64,000 nucleotides of DNA from Eledone cirrhosa. Lineage: Eukaryota. The DNA is taken from NCBI GenBank assembly GCA_964016885.1, contig OZ024758.1:4464001-4528000 (forward strand), given 5' to 3'. This document shows positions 39,800 through 53,929 of this stretch, one piece after another. A program made the translations under genes and the position numbers. Numbering within the stretch: position 1 is the first letter of the stretch; each line of letters starts with the position of its first letter. The notes under the pieces are model-generated. The model was given only the letters and a program-made list of their open reading frames with translations, was not told where the DNA came from and did no database searches.

Positions 39800-40080
39800 T
39801 AACTGCCCCGTCTCACTGCTCTCCCCATATCTCATTATTATGAGCAAATGGGACGCACGTGCTGGTCTCCCGGCGGCCCCGGCGAACAGAATAGAGAAAG
39901 CGTTTCTCAGCAGGATGATGAGGGAGACGCACTGGAAGAGCAATTCCATGACGCGTGGCTCACACGTGCGTGAAACCAACTCTCTGCCAATATTGGCCTA
40001 GAGTAAAGGACAACAGAACACAGCACTGCTTCGGACTCGACCGCACACCTGTCGGAGAGCAACCGATATTTGGTACCTTA
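39800..40080 (-). mobile_element. CRE-clade (REL endonuclease) non-LTR 3' fragment, degenerate
   Basis: ..SRTCEPRVMELLFQCVSLIILLRNAFSILFAG resembles the CRE C-terminal motif TGEPRE..L.QR.S...QRGNA.S+L. It forms a GC-rich island. Confidence 0.55.
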
Positions 40081-40821
40081 ATTACTCTGGTTATTACTTT
40101 CCCCTGAACTGTTATAATATAAAATATCAATATTTTCAAACCTGCTGGATTGAAAGATTTGTAATTGCCAATTTGGATATAAACCTTTACTTTCGAACCT
40201 GTACAATAATGTTTAGGTATTTCAAAATGGAAATGCAAATACCCAATTTAGCATAAACTGTTGCGGTTATTTATATATCTTAAATAATTAATTCTTCGAT
40301 ATAGATTTAAAAACGTATCTTGTAGAATACATTTAATATTTTACAACTTAGTAACTTTCTGGGGATTATAAAAATATAACTATATTTAAAAACGTGTGTT
40401 ACTAAATTTTAATACACCTAAACATTGATAAATATGTATATTGCTTAGGAATTACCATATTCACACACATGTAGACGTAGAGTAGATACACACACACACA
40501 CATAAACACAGGCATAAATACACACATAAATATACACACAGAAACACCCACGCATAAACACACATGCATAAAAAAAAAACACATAAACATATATGCATAA
40601 ATACACTCACACATAAACACATTCTCATAAACACACACACAAACAAACGCACATAAACACACATAAACACACACTCTTAAATACATACGCATAAAAACAC
40701 ACATACATAACCACGCACAAACACAGTCACACAACCACACAACCACACAGAAACACACACACAAACAGATACACACACAGGTTCCAATATATATGCCTAA
40801 ACTTACGCTTATGTAGACACA

Positions 40822-41152
40822 TTCGGTAGAGGGTCGGGCGCCATGCTTTGAAGCATAGAGTTACCTCTCTTTATGATCTGATTTCAAATCCCGCCGATGT
40901 TAACTTTGCCTTTCATCCTTACGGGTCGATAAAATAAAGTACCAGTAATGCACTGGATAATTGCTGGCCTTGTGCCAAAACTAGAAACAATTATATATAA
41001 AGCTTTGACGCATAGAGTTACGGCCCTTGCCATTCTGAATTCAAATCCCGCCGAGGTTAACTTTGCTTTCATCCTTATGGGGTCGATAAAATAAAGTACC
41101 AGTAATGCACTGGAGTAATTGCTGGCCTTGTGCCAAAAGTAGAAACAATTAT
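40822..41152 (+). mobile_element. Two head-to-tail SINE S1 copies (40822-40992, 41002-41152)
   Basis: Both end GAAACAATTATATATAAAGC. Confidence 0.88.
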
Positions 41153-41399
41153 ATATAAAGCAAGACAAATATTTGTACACATCTGTTGTGTAATGCCTGT
41201 GAAGTAATCTTATGAATATTTAATATATTTTCTTGCGAAAGAGAGATACCAGGTCCAGTATCTAAAAAGACATCGGAACGTCGTCGCACCAAACCGACCC
41301 AAATCATAGACTACACACATTAATCTATCAACACGCACACACACACACACACACAGTTCAACCAATATTTATATATATATATATGTGTGTGTGTGTATC

Positions 41400-41460
<61 letters not shown>

Positions 41461-41477
41461 TGCATATGTATTATGTT

Positions 41478-41550
<73 letters not shown>

Positions 41551-42162
41551 ATCTCGTTTGTACGTAGGTATGTATAACAATGCATCTTTTGTACATCTGA
41601 ATGTACTTTTGTATCAATAATGTTTTCTACTTGTTCATCTTTGCTTCTGACTATAATTGTCTTGTATGTGTGTATGTTTGTATCAAAGCCACAGCTATAT
41701 ATGTCGTATGTGTGTGTTTGTATCAAAGTCACAGCTCTATATATATGTCGCATGTGTGTCTTTTTCTAGTTGAACATAAAATAATATTGTCTGGGTGATT
41801 TATAAGAAATGCAGCTATGTTATAACAACAAAGAAATGAAGTTGTTTTATGGCAATAAGCCAAGTTACCCATCAGCTTTGAAAGATTGATGTAAGTGCTA
41901 CGAGATAATAGGCTTCCCAATAGAATCTTATTCACTCATTGTCGCTCTCCCTTTTTAATTATAACCACATAATCTTGAGTCCTGGCCAGATTTCGCATAG
42001 ATTATTGTTCAGCCAGACGTCCCAAATGAGCAGGTATTTGTCCGGTTGACATGTTTACGCCCATTTAATGTTTATATTACTATTAGCATATGGTTGGTGG
42101 ATTAGCAGAATTGTTAAAGTGTCAGAAATATGATTGTGATAATTCTGTCGCCATTTTATGAC

Positions 42163-42265
42163 AGACCCCCCCCCCCCCCCAATTCTAAAAGTCCAAACGG
42201 CACGTACCATGAAAAATAATGCCCCCAAACGTGGTGAAATGAGCCAAAATGAGGAGATTTTATAT
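42163..42265 (-). mobile_element. MITE M1 partial copy
   Basis: CAGACC..TCTAAAAGTCCAAACGG..TACCATGAAAAA..CCCCAAACGTGG. Confidence 0.55.
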
Positions 42266-42310
42266 ATATACGATATTAACAAATGGACAATATATTTATA
42301 AAACCATATT

Positions 42311-42375
42311 TATTTCATTATACATATTTCAAGGACACCAAGTTAAATTATGGTGTGCTTTCATCAGACAAAATA
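42311..42375 (-). ncRNA. Minimal type-I hammerhead ribozyme motif, best preserved (family H-E)
   Basis: UAUUUUGU-CUGAUGA-AAGCACACCA(UAAUUUAACU)UGGUGUCCUU-GAA-AUAUGUAU-A-AUGAAAUA. Stem I has 8 bp including 2 GU; stem II has 9 of 10 pairs. Confidence 0.78.
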
Positions 42376-42699
42376 TAATATAGATCAGTTTTATAAATAA
42401 ATATTGACATACCCTTAAAAAATGCAACTGTTGGAAGCTCCCGGATATATATATATATATATATATATAAATAAGATTTCAAAGGAGCAGCATTGCTAGA
42501 CAATGGTGTTTACTTTGAACCTCCGTAAGAATTACATTAATGGCTCATGTATTAAGGCGAAAGCAGCGATTCTTTGCTTAAACTTTAATCTGTTATTTTA
42601 ATAAATATTTGCTCTTATATTTTTGATATATATTTATCCTTATCGAGCCCTCTTTGGATTTTAGTCTTCAAATTTATTATTATTCCTATATATATATAT

Positions 42700-43015
42700 G
42701 TATATATATAAATATATATATATATACATATATAAAACTCTATTTCAAAATAAGATTTAAAATTTACTATGAGAAAATCTTCCGTCGTATGTAGTTTACT
42801 TATTGTTGTTGCTGTTTGCAACATATTATGTCTGTGAAATTCCTTTCATTCTAAAGCCATACAATTCCCATAGATTTTATGATCACAGCGGAGAAAGCTG
42901 ATACGCTTTGATAAAAGTCGGGGCAGAGAAAAACGCAGACAAAAGAATATTTTACATCTGAAAGACAGCTGAAATTTGATTCAAATTTTAGAGCTCCACC
43001 ATAAGATATATCTAA
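42700..43015 (-). mobile_element. Decayed hAT (Charlie/SPIN-like) transposase fragment
   Basis: Diverged paralog of 45600-45935, sharing TTTCATTCTAAAGCCA.ACAATTCCCATAGATT. Confidence 0.45.
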
Positions 43016-43197
43016 CACAAATAAATATATTCATACGAGTCTACCCACATGTATGTGTACGTATATGAATAAATAAATTATATCAATATATATATATATA
43101 CGTTTATGTATACATACACAAATAAATACATTCATCCACCCACACATACATATATACATACATATAAGCATACAAATATGCACACATACATACAAAG

Positions 43198-43715
43198 ATG
43201 ATGGCTGCAAACTCTGCTAAGAGTATTGCAATCGCTTGTCGAATTATAGAGTTTGGTGAACTTTTAGGCTACGGCCAGCCACATGAACCTGTAACAAGCA
43301 ATGCCTGTGTTTTTTAAGTGGGGAAGGGCCTTGCACTCGACCAATCCCACTCTCTGAGCATAGAAAATACTACCCGATCGGGAGAACTGGTCACCATGAT
43401 CGGATGTTTCTGAAGCCACAGGTATTTTTCAGAATTTCCCTCTCTTAGAAAGGTGTTGTGACAACAACTGGGGGCCTTTCACTCCCAGGTGAAAAAAAGA
43501 ACAAAAAAAAAGAACTACTATTTGTATGGCCGTTGATTCTGCTGAGTTCCTCTGCCCTTTGCCTGATCTTGTATTTCATCCAGCAGGGTGTCCCAATATC
43601 ACCCTCCTCACCAAGTTAGAGTGGTGGGGTTGCAGGTTTAGTCGCCGACGACCCGACCACGAGACATGTTGCACTGGGTTACATGTTACCAGTAGCACTG
43701 GAGAGCGACCTGACA
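43198..43715 (-). mobile_element. Non-autonomous RTE derivative R1 (diverged)
   Basis: Its 5' region matches 44300-44440, and its 3' end is GATGATGGCTGC. Confidence 0.65.
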
Positions 43716-43845
43716 TAACGAAGCATACATATATAGAGAAAATGCATAAATATATAGCTGTTCTGTCGAAGATTTTTCCGAGTTACATGTTACCAGTAGC
43801 ACTCGAGAGCAACCTGACATACATACATACATACATACATACATA

Positions 43846-44440
43846 TGGTGGCTGCCAACTCGTTTTCGAGTACGGCCACTACCTTAGATCCATGTAGGAG
43901 AACCCATACCGATGTGCTGAACGAGCGTGACTTTTTAGTCCAGCCAGCGACTTGAAAACTCTGGTAGAAACACTACACTTGCGACAATTATTGACACATA
44001 GTGCTGGGCCCATGGTACCATGTGACGGCAAGTGCAGAGAGATCTCCAGATATAAAGCAATGCCTGTGCCGTGAAGCTTTAGTGAGCAAAGGCACTGCAC
44101 AAAGCTAGTCCCACTCTCTTAACCAAGATGATATTTACCAAAAAGATGAACAAGTCAACATCATTGGATACCATCAGGGTTGCAGGTGTTATATCAGAGC
44201 TTTCCTTCGCCTAGAATTCTGCCTTGACAAAGGCTAAGGGGTCATCTCTCCCGATGATTTTGGATAGCTATTGACTTCTAAGAGCTCCTTTGCTCTTTGA
44301 CAGGTTTTGTTTTTAGTCCTGCAGGATGTCCAAAGTCACCCTCCTCACCAAGAATCCTTGGTGGGGTTGCCAGTTTAGTCGCCAACGACCCGACCATGGG
44401 ACAGGTTGTATTGGGATACATGTTACCAGTAACACCTGAC
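43846..44440 (-). mobile_element. Non-autonomous bipartite RTE derivative R1, apparently full length (~600 bp)
   Basis: An RTE-like 5' UTR is fused to a zinc-finger remnant (CSVSTRVFKSLAGLKSHARSAH) and a 3' stem-loop CTCG-AAAA-CGAG. (CATA)n lies on both sides. Confidence 0.8.
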
Positions 44441-44559
44441 ATACATACATACATACATACATACATACATACATACATACATACATACATACATACATAC
44501 ATACATACATACATACATACATTCAGAAATGCATACATGTATAGCTGGGCTGTCGGAGG

Positions 44560-44810
44560 CTTATCCGACACTAGCGTTCTAAAATGTTTACGAATCTATG
44601 GGTTTAGTTTCTGGACCCTTTCGAAATATTCATTTTCCTCCGGTTCGTTGCTCCAAACACCTCGCCCAGTGAATCTTCTACTTTTCGATGCAGGATGCGA
44701 GTAGAGAATATGGTGAACAAACGAAATATTTTTCTCTGCCAAAAAACTAGGATCTGCTGCGACGAATATGTTGTGGGGCTTGTCATGGTGCCGTTGTCAG
44801 TTTTATCTGG
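44560..44810 (-). mobile_element. Mariner transposase remnant
   Basis: Minus-strand HHDKPH...FLAEKNISFVHHILYS resembles the mariner motif HHDNAP.H..FLAEKNI..HP.YSP. Confidence 0.5.
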
Positions 44811-44865
44811 CCCACAGTAATAATAAATGTGAATACTAAAATTTGAAGAAAAGGGCTCGATAAGG

Positions 44866-44909
<44 letters not shown>

Positions 44910-45103
44910 GGTATCTAGGAATTAGATAAACGTAATGAATGAGTAACCAATCGACCTTGTTATTTTATTACACTATAATACACTCTGTCTAGCTCTACAC
45001 CTCGACACTGAAGTGAACCTAAACATCGAGTGCTCACCCGGGTGAACCTACAGTAAATATATATAAAACCAAACCATAGAGCAAATATTTATTATAAGTA
45101 GAG

Positions 45104-45195
45104 ATTAAAGTTTAAGCAAAGATTCACTGCTTTCACCCTTATCGGGATTTTCTGAAATTCAGGGTGAAAGCAACGGTTCTTTGCTTAAACTTAAT
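45104..45195. repeat. Inverted repeat with the 3' half of a hammerhead-like motif (family H-F)
   Basis: Arms 45104-45139 and 45161-45195, containing GAA-AGCA(..)UGCU-U-AAAC. The same family occurs at 42555-42680. Confidence 0.55.
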
Positions 45196-45202
45196 ATGTA
45201 CT

Positions 45203-45272
<70 letters not shown>

Positions 45273-45398
45273 ATAATTGTTTCTACTTTTAGCACAAGGC
45301 CAGCAATTACCCAGTAGTGAAGTCTAAAATCCAAATAAATATATATATTTATTATTTAATAAATATATATATATATATATTTATTTATCTAATTATTT

Positions 45399-45436
<38 letters not shown>

Positions 45437-45599
45437 GATACATATATATTTATTTATTTATTTATTTATTTGTTTGTTTGTTTGTTTTTGTGTGTGCGTG
45501 TGCGTGTGCGTGTGTGTGTGCGTGTGTGTGTGTGTTTGTAAAGAAAGAATAAAAAAACTAGGGAAGTGGAGCAGTAACCAAGCTGGTGGTATATTGAGT

Positions 45600-45935
45600 T
45601 ATCTTTGTCGGCTGGTGTTGCAGGAAACAAAAATATTCTGTACATTATTACAGCTTCACAGAACATTCTTACAGAATTGTATCTTTAGAAAAATTAAGAT
45701 TTAAATAGTGACATAAAAAACTATCTTCCTCTGTTTATAGTTGTGGATATTTGCGTTTTAGAATGACTGGGTAAAATTCTTTTCATTCTAAAGCCAGACA
45801 ATTCCCATAGATTTATTTGGCATGATCACAGGTGTGACATCTGTTACACTTGAAGAACATTTATAAAAGAATTTTTCACATCACAAAGACTTCTGAAATT
45901 ACTTTTAAAAACTCCATCTTCAAATATATCTTCTT
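45600..45935 (-). mobile_element. Decayed hAT (Charlie/SPIN-like) transposase fragment
   Basis: Minus-strand frames read EDIFE.. and SSVTDVTPVIMPNKSMGIV, resembling TDGAPxM.G..G. A likely HCIIH.E remnant follows. Confidence 0.5.
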
Positions 45936-46573
45936 AGTGTTTTTGGACAGTCTATACGTCTGATCATGTTATGAATTCTATATGAATGCATGTATGTATG
46001 TATGTATGTATGTATGTATGTATGCATGCATGCATATGTGTATATCTGTATGTGTGTGTGTGTGTTTGTATGTATATATGCATGCACGTATGTATGTATT
46101 TATATATTATTATTATTACTATATATATATATATGTATGTATGTATAAGAAAGTAAGTTCATAGAATCATTTGATAAAATATATACAGTATTTCTTCTCC
46201 CAATTAGCATAATTAACCACACAAAAAAATCAATTAAACGAGGCTATAAGTTTAAAATCTACTTATGAAGAAACTATAGATAAATAAATAATTTAATTAA
46301 TTAATTCGTCATTGAACAACACCGTGAATTGTTGCCAAAACACATATATATCTATGGCTCTGTCTAGTTTATGTATATGTAAATCTATATATATGTATGT
46401 ATATATTTATATATATTTATATATGTAATTTGCGAATTCGCATGAATAACTATGTAACAGAAATATATATCATGCAATAAACAATTATGGTGAATTAATC
46501 CCGTCTTGAATACCATTATTTGGTATGTATATATTTGGTATGTAATGTATGTATATACATATATATATATTAT

Positions 46574-47205
<632 letters not shown>

Positions 47206-49611
47206 TGCGTGTGTGTATGTAGTCTGTCATGTATTCCAGCCTAACAAATTACAAAAATATCCATTTCCGTCTATATATGGCAGGGAATATTGGCTTTTAC
47301 GAGTTTTTTTATCTTTCTCATTCCTTACGTAGCTGTGAATATTTATATCTCCTTGCATTTGTTTGAAAGTTTCAGTAAGTTATTTTGTGAATCTTTTCTC
47401 TTTTTTGTTTCTGTCTCTTTGAACACAATGACACAATTGCTGACAAACATATGTTTCGTCTAATGTAAGTATAGATTTACTCTACTGAATAGTTACCGAT
47501 ATACCTTTTGAAGACATATGTAATTTCAAAGAAGATTTGTATTTCAAATATCTTATTCTTTTTACAGTACTACAATTGAATGAGTTAGAAGAGTTATAAG
47601 CAATTGTAATTCAAATGTTTTATCTGAAGGTATAATTTCGGATCGTTTGTTGAAATAATCATAGTCAAGTTCAGTGGTTATTGATATGTTCCCATTTCTG
47701 ATATCAGTATATTGGAGAGGAAGGTCTCCAGGCCAGTATTTCCAGTTGATTTGTTCACTTGTTTATGGAACATATAGATTACTGCTACAGAAACCTTCTA
47801 ACCAACGTGTAATTGACCACCAACTTCCTATTCCGCCTTTGTACTCTATGATCTAGTCTACACGCCAGTGAACACTGCAGTATATTATTACTTCTACGTT
47901 TCCATGCTCCTATAACTACCTCTTACAGCAATAAATCAATAAACATCTTCATCTAATATCATTCGTTAGACCTAAGGAGATCGAGCTAAGAATTTCTCTT
48001 ATCTTGTCTTGCAATAGAATTTCATATTGATCTCACATTGCAATCTTTAAAATTCATGTAACAACGACGCAAGTCTGTATTTTAAATATTATTTCACTCA
48101 TCGTACTTTTCTGTATTTCAAAACTGCAACATCATCACTGTTAGTTTTGCAAATAGATTCATTTTCTTTATTTTCTTTTACTATTTACGTTTATTTTCAT
48201 CAACATTTTTCTTCTTTTCTTTTGGATTATATATATATATATTTTTGGCAGACATTTTCTTTTGATTGAATTTTGTCACTCCTATCAGTACCCTATAGCA
48301 TCTAATATCACTATAACACACTTCTATTGTTGAGAAATACCATTATTAGCAGACATTGTATTACAGATTATAACACCAATGTATTAGTAATTCGATATAA
48401 AGATTTGTTATCACAACTTTTATATGAGATACGTTGGTTTATATGTGATCTTAATAAACATAACAAGCAAGTTGTTATTCTCACAGTAAAATTACTCTTA
48501 CTAGACAAGTTGGTACGCAGAATTGTTTAGAGGTTTTCATCTAATGAACAGATATATAATTAATAAAGTTCAAGTTATGTATATCCTACATTTCATATAT
48601 TAACTATTTAAAAACCTCAACAGGCAAATTAAACTGATCTCTGATTAATAACCTTCCAGTTATGTATATTGTACATTTCATCTATATATACTGCTCCAAG
48701 GATTATAAAGTCCAGTATCCCCTAAGATTGTTTGAAAATGATAATGTATGTTTTGATTTACGGCAAATTATGGCTTTTTCAAGCAAATTAATGGTGACAT
48801 AGAGCCTCCAATTACGGATTCATAAACATGATGTTGTGATGACCCACGGTGATAAACAGATCATGTATTTTGATATTTCCATCGCTGACTTTGTAAAGCT
48901 GCCTTAGCTTATCTGAAAAATGGCTTGAAAATGAAATCGGAAACAATCGGATTAATAGTGAGAGAAGTCATATGTTGAACTTCATATCCAGGATTATCAA
49001 TATTGTCATGCTTATTTCTTTTAAAACATTTTCTTTCAAAGTCGTTAATCAATTTAAATATGATTTATGCTAATGTTAATTATGTTTCACTGCCTGATAC
49101 ACCACGTTCGTAAGAATTTCACCCTGAATAGTGATAACATTTGCAATAATCCTCAAGAAATATTTCTCAAACTAGGAGCCTAGCTTTTATAATTTTGAAT
49201 CCGTGTAACATATTTAAGGAGATTAGTTTAAATGTTAAATCAATCCGTTTGTTTAAGCAAATCTTATTCTATTTGTGTTAAACAAATATCATCGAATGTA
49301 CAGGTCGATAAGATATTGAATACTCATAAATAAAGTGATAAGAGCGTCTTCGTAACGAAACACTTAAGCTGAAGTTCCGCTGTGTAGATATACGTAAATA
49401 TTAGCTCTATACAATTGCCTAGAATTCCCACAGCTTGCACTATTCTAGATGATATTGAGAGAAAGGTTTTACAATCATACAAATTCTATGTACAACTCCA
49501 TGCATTTCACTCTGTTTTGACTGGTATTTTTTACGGTAGAGATTTAGTCAATGAATGCGTTTTCTGACAAAGTTCGGGTCGTCTAATTAAGCATGATTCT
49601 TTTATTTTATA

Positions 49612-49869
49612 CTAGCAATAGAGCCCCTTGTTGCGGGCACACCTTTCACCACTGTAAATAAAGACCACCCTCTCTCATCAACAGAGCCGTCTATAAATAG
49701 CCTCAGAACTCTGCTATTTTCAAGAAGAGAGCGATTTAAACTACATATTGACATGATCCGGAAACAAAACAACATATGTATCCAATTTGAAAAAAGACTC
49801 AGATGGAAACTCTGGAAATGCATCGTCTGCATATAGACAGACAGACATTTTCGTTTTTATATAGAGAGA
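49612..49869 (-). mobile_element. Non-autonomous Helitron (~258 bp)
   Basis: On the minus strand it starts A|TC and has a (GTCT)n tract, a subterminal hairpin GCCC..GGGC and a CTAG|T end. Confidence 0.65.
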
Positions 49870-51210
49870 TTTGTTCAGTCATTGGACTGTCATTGGACTG
49901 ACACACTGGTTTCAAATATTTTGTTCTATTATAGAGACTCCATTTGCAGTATTCAGTATTTTTTATCGTTATCTGTTCGTGGAATCTCCAAGATATGTTT
50001 TGCCATATATATATATGTTTAACATATTAATTGAACAGTTCCCATTCTTTGATATTATTGGATCCATTATAAAAAAAAAAGAGAAGAAAACATTGCAATA
50101 TAATTATAACAACTGGAAGGCCATCACTAATAAATATGAATCTCCAAAGATGGAAGTTATGGGACACTGGAAATTAATTGAATATATGCAGTTTATACTA
50201 TAGCTGCCAAAGATTAAACTCACTCTGTCCGGTCTGCATATATTTAATTACATATTATCCAACTGAAATATAAAGATTTCACTCCCTTGTATTTTTTATA
50301 GAGATTTGCATTAATGGTAATGCATGTTCTCCTCTATGCGCTTATAATTCCAATTGATTAAAAAATATTTTGAACTCGCTACATTAAAGTGGTGAGTGGC
50401 AGAAGACATCCTGGTTTTAAATATCATCGATGTCAACTGACTTGTAGCTTTAATCGATTGCCTGTTTATAGTTGTTAATCGATTATTGTTTTTCAGTTTT
50501 AATCAATAACTTGATTTAATACTAATTCCTTTTAGCATTGTCTCGCTGTTGCGTGTATTCGGACCAGATTTCTTGAATAAAGCTACATACATACGCCACG
50601 TTGGATAATGATTACCGGTGAATAATATGCCTGAAAATAAAGGTAGTGTGATCAAAGCTGATTCAAGTTTGATCATAGTTATGCCCAATAATCAAGGCCT
50701 CTGACTAAACAGCAACAAAAACTATTGCTTTTACATATAAAGATATATATTTATATGCATTACATAGATTCATTCTTCTATGAAATTACCTCGAGTTTAG
50801 CTCACGCAATAATCACTCCTATCTCCAATGTTGAATAGTTTAAGATGTGGTGGCTATATTGCTTTCTAGTTGTCATATTTTGTATTTCTTTAATTCAGAT
50901 TTGTATTGGTAGTTTGAATTAATGCTGCCTCCGTAGTGAATAAATGTTGAATGTCATTCATTCCTCGAGAAAATTGGATAGGAGTTGTCATATAAGATAA
51001 ATCTAAGTTGGTTTAAAAAGATATTTATTGACATAGAGTCACCTGGTCATGAGCTCTCGACGAATTGGGTTGTAAATTAAATCTGTGAAGTACATTTAAG
51101 TAAAATGTTTAGATATTAACAGTTGCAAGCAGGGTTGGTGAAAGTAAACCTAACCATGACACTGATTGTATGCGATACAAGATCATTGTGAATCAAGTCA
51201 GCCACGCCCT

Positions 51211-51242
<32 letters not shown>

Positions 51243-51244
51243 TG

Positions 51245-51579
<335 letters not shown>

Positions 51580-52296
51580 GTATATATATATACATTTATA
51601 ATCATGCTGCTTCTCTGTCGAATAGTTCTATGCCTGCACCTGGTTAAAAAAAAAAAAGAATACACAACACCTTTCTCTGGCATATTGATGAGAATTTAAC
51701 GGTCCATTAACAGTTGGATGCACATTGAAATGAGTCTTCATCAGGGAAATGTTTATGTCAACGGCAAGCAAACAATTGAGTGGAAATCTAAGCTAAAAAT
51801 GCTTAAAGCTTTAAATGCATTTCCCTTGAATTTATCGATATTCCCACTAGTCTTGTAGAAGCCCAATTATTCCGTTGATTCAGCGAGAAATTCCAAGCCA
51901 CAGCCATATGACATTTTACTTCCCACCAGAAGAATTACACATCATTTTAGAAGAAGATCAAACGCAGTTCTTCGCTCTTGCATTTCTTCTCTTTTTTTCT
52001 CTTTTTTTTTTTTCGTGTTTTTCTCTTTTTCGTTATCTCCAGATCTCTAATTCTATAACAGTCAGTCTATTTAATTGTCATGGATTTCTCTGTCAGTCTC
52101 TCTTACACACTCTCTCTCACACACACGCCCTCTTTATCTCTCTCCCTCTTTCTCCCTGTATCTCTCCCTCCCTCTCTCTCCATCTCACTCTCTCTCTCTC
52201 GCCCCACTCTCTCTCTCTGTCTCTCGTGATCATTAGTAGTACCCGGTTTCTAGAGGGTAAAAAGAGTAGAAGTCTGTCTGATTAGTATGTTATATT

Positions 52297-52492
52297 CACA
52301 CCTGTCAAATCTCCCTGTCCGACGGGAAGATCTCCCACCCACTTTGGGTGGATGAGAGAGGATCACTTCTCTTCTCAAAATCAGTATAGCTTTCATTATG
52401 TAAAATCTACCCATTTTGCCTCATTTCTCCCCGTTTTGAGGCAATTTGTTCATTGCACTCCCCGTTTGGGTTCTTAAATGTTGGCAGGTCTA
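52297..52492 (+). mobile_element. MITE M1 copy
   Basis: CACCTGTCAA...GTTGGCAGGTCT. Confidence 0.7.
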
Positions 52493-52744
52493 GATTGGCA
52501 GGTCTGGATCTTGATCTATTCTATGAGATGTCCTCTAGTACATATGATCCTGGGTCACCCCTATATGAGTTGGATTTGTGTACCAACGAATTTAACCCAC
52601 CGTAATATATTGTATTAGTCTTTGTTTTATCAACCCAGAGCATTTACTCATATTTTCATGTATAACCACACAACATTTGTAGCCCATTTTCTACATGTTT
52701 CATATTATATGTATGTGTTCGTTTGGCAAAGGATAAAAGATTAT

Positions 52745-52932
52745 GGCGGATTGGCGGTATCGGTAGAGAGTCGGACACCATGCTATGCTGCATTAAGTTA
52801 CGGCCCTTGCCATTCTGAGTTGAAATCCCGCCGAGGTTAACTTTGCCTTTCATCCTTACGGGCTCGATAAAATAAAGTACCAGTAGTGCATTGGATAATT
52901 GCTGGCCTTGTACCAAAAGTAGAAATAATTAT
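52745..52932 (+). mobile_element. SINE S1, full length
   Basis: Near-consensus copy with an (ATT)n tail. Confidence 0.9.
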
Positions 52933-53449
52933 TATTATTAATGTGTTTATTGTTATTAAAGGGAAATAAAGAAATTGTTATTTTTTTTTTTGCTGTTCTT
53001 ATTCATATTAATATAAACGTCTTCAATTTTGTCAACTTATCGTCTTCCTTCTCCTGCTCTTATCATCATCATCAGTAGTAACATCATCAGTAGCAACACA
53101 GCCACGTCATTATATCCATCATCACTCCTATACATCATGCTGTGGTAATTTTTCTTTTTAGATTTAACCTCCAGTGCCACCAAAAGCAGTATATTTGCAA
53201 TTCATGACTGCCTAAATTAGAATTATTTAACATTCATTATTTCTCACTTTTATAATTATTTACATTCTTGCATCAATATTCGAATATATTTGGCTCCTGT
53301 TTTTAATACAAGCTAATACACATATGCACACATACACAGAGAGGCTCACACACACATACTTACACTCTCACACACAAACATACTGACGTGCATACATCAA
53401 CATATAAGAACATATACTCACATCTACAGGTAGCCTCAAACTCATCCTC

Positions 53450-53493
<44 letters not shown>

Positions 53494-53540
53494 TCCCTCT
53501 CTCTCGCACCCGCTCTTTATGCAAAGATTCACGCACAACC

Positions 53541-53597
<57 letters not shown>

Positions 53598-53929
53598 CGT
53601 GTGCGTGTGTGTGTGCGTTTGTATCCATGTGTCTATCCGTGTGTGTGTGGGTGTGTGTATGTGCGTATGTATACATATACAGTAAGATACAAAGCATAAA
53701 GAAAAGAATTTGGGAATGACTTTGCAATCATTTCAAGATATATTTTCAGATCTGACTTAAGTTAGAAGCTTCCCTTTATTTTATGGGTTGAACATGACTC
53801 TGATTGCTATCTGTATGCGATGGATTTTTGTTAGGTGACGGTGGTCATATGGTTATGCTTAGGGTTCTGTTCTTGGCGACGATAACGGAATAGAACGTGC
53901 CAAAGCCAAATAGATTGAAGAACAACGAA

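Noticed and set aside
47440-47490. Minus-strand GAA-ACAUAUGU-U with a preceding weak stem
   Set aside because: The 5' CUGANGA box is absent. It is at best a decayed 3' half and is not listed as a feature.
50503-50688. 61-aa minus-strand ORF with acceptor-like ctttattttcag
   Set aside because: It is short, has no recognisable motif and has no supporting gene structure.
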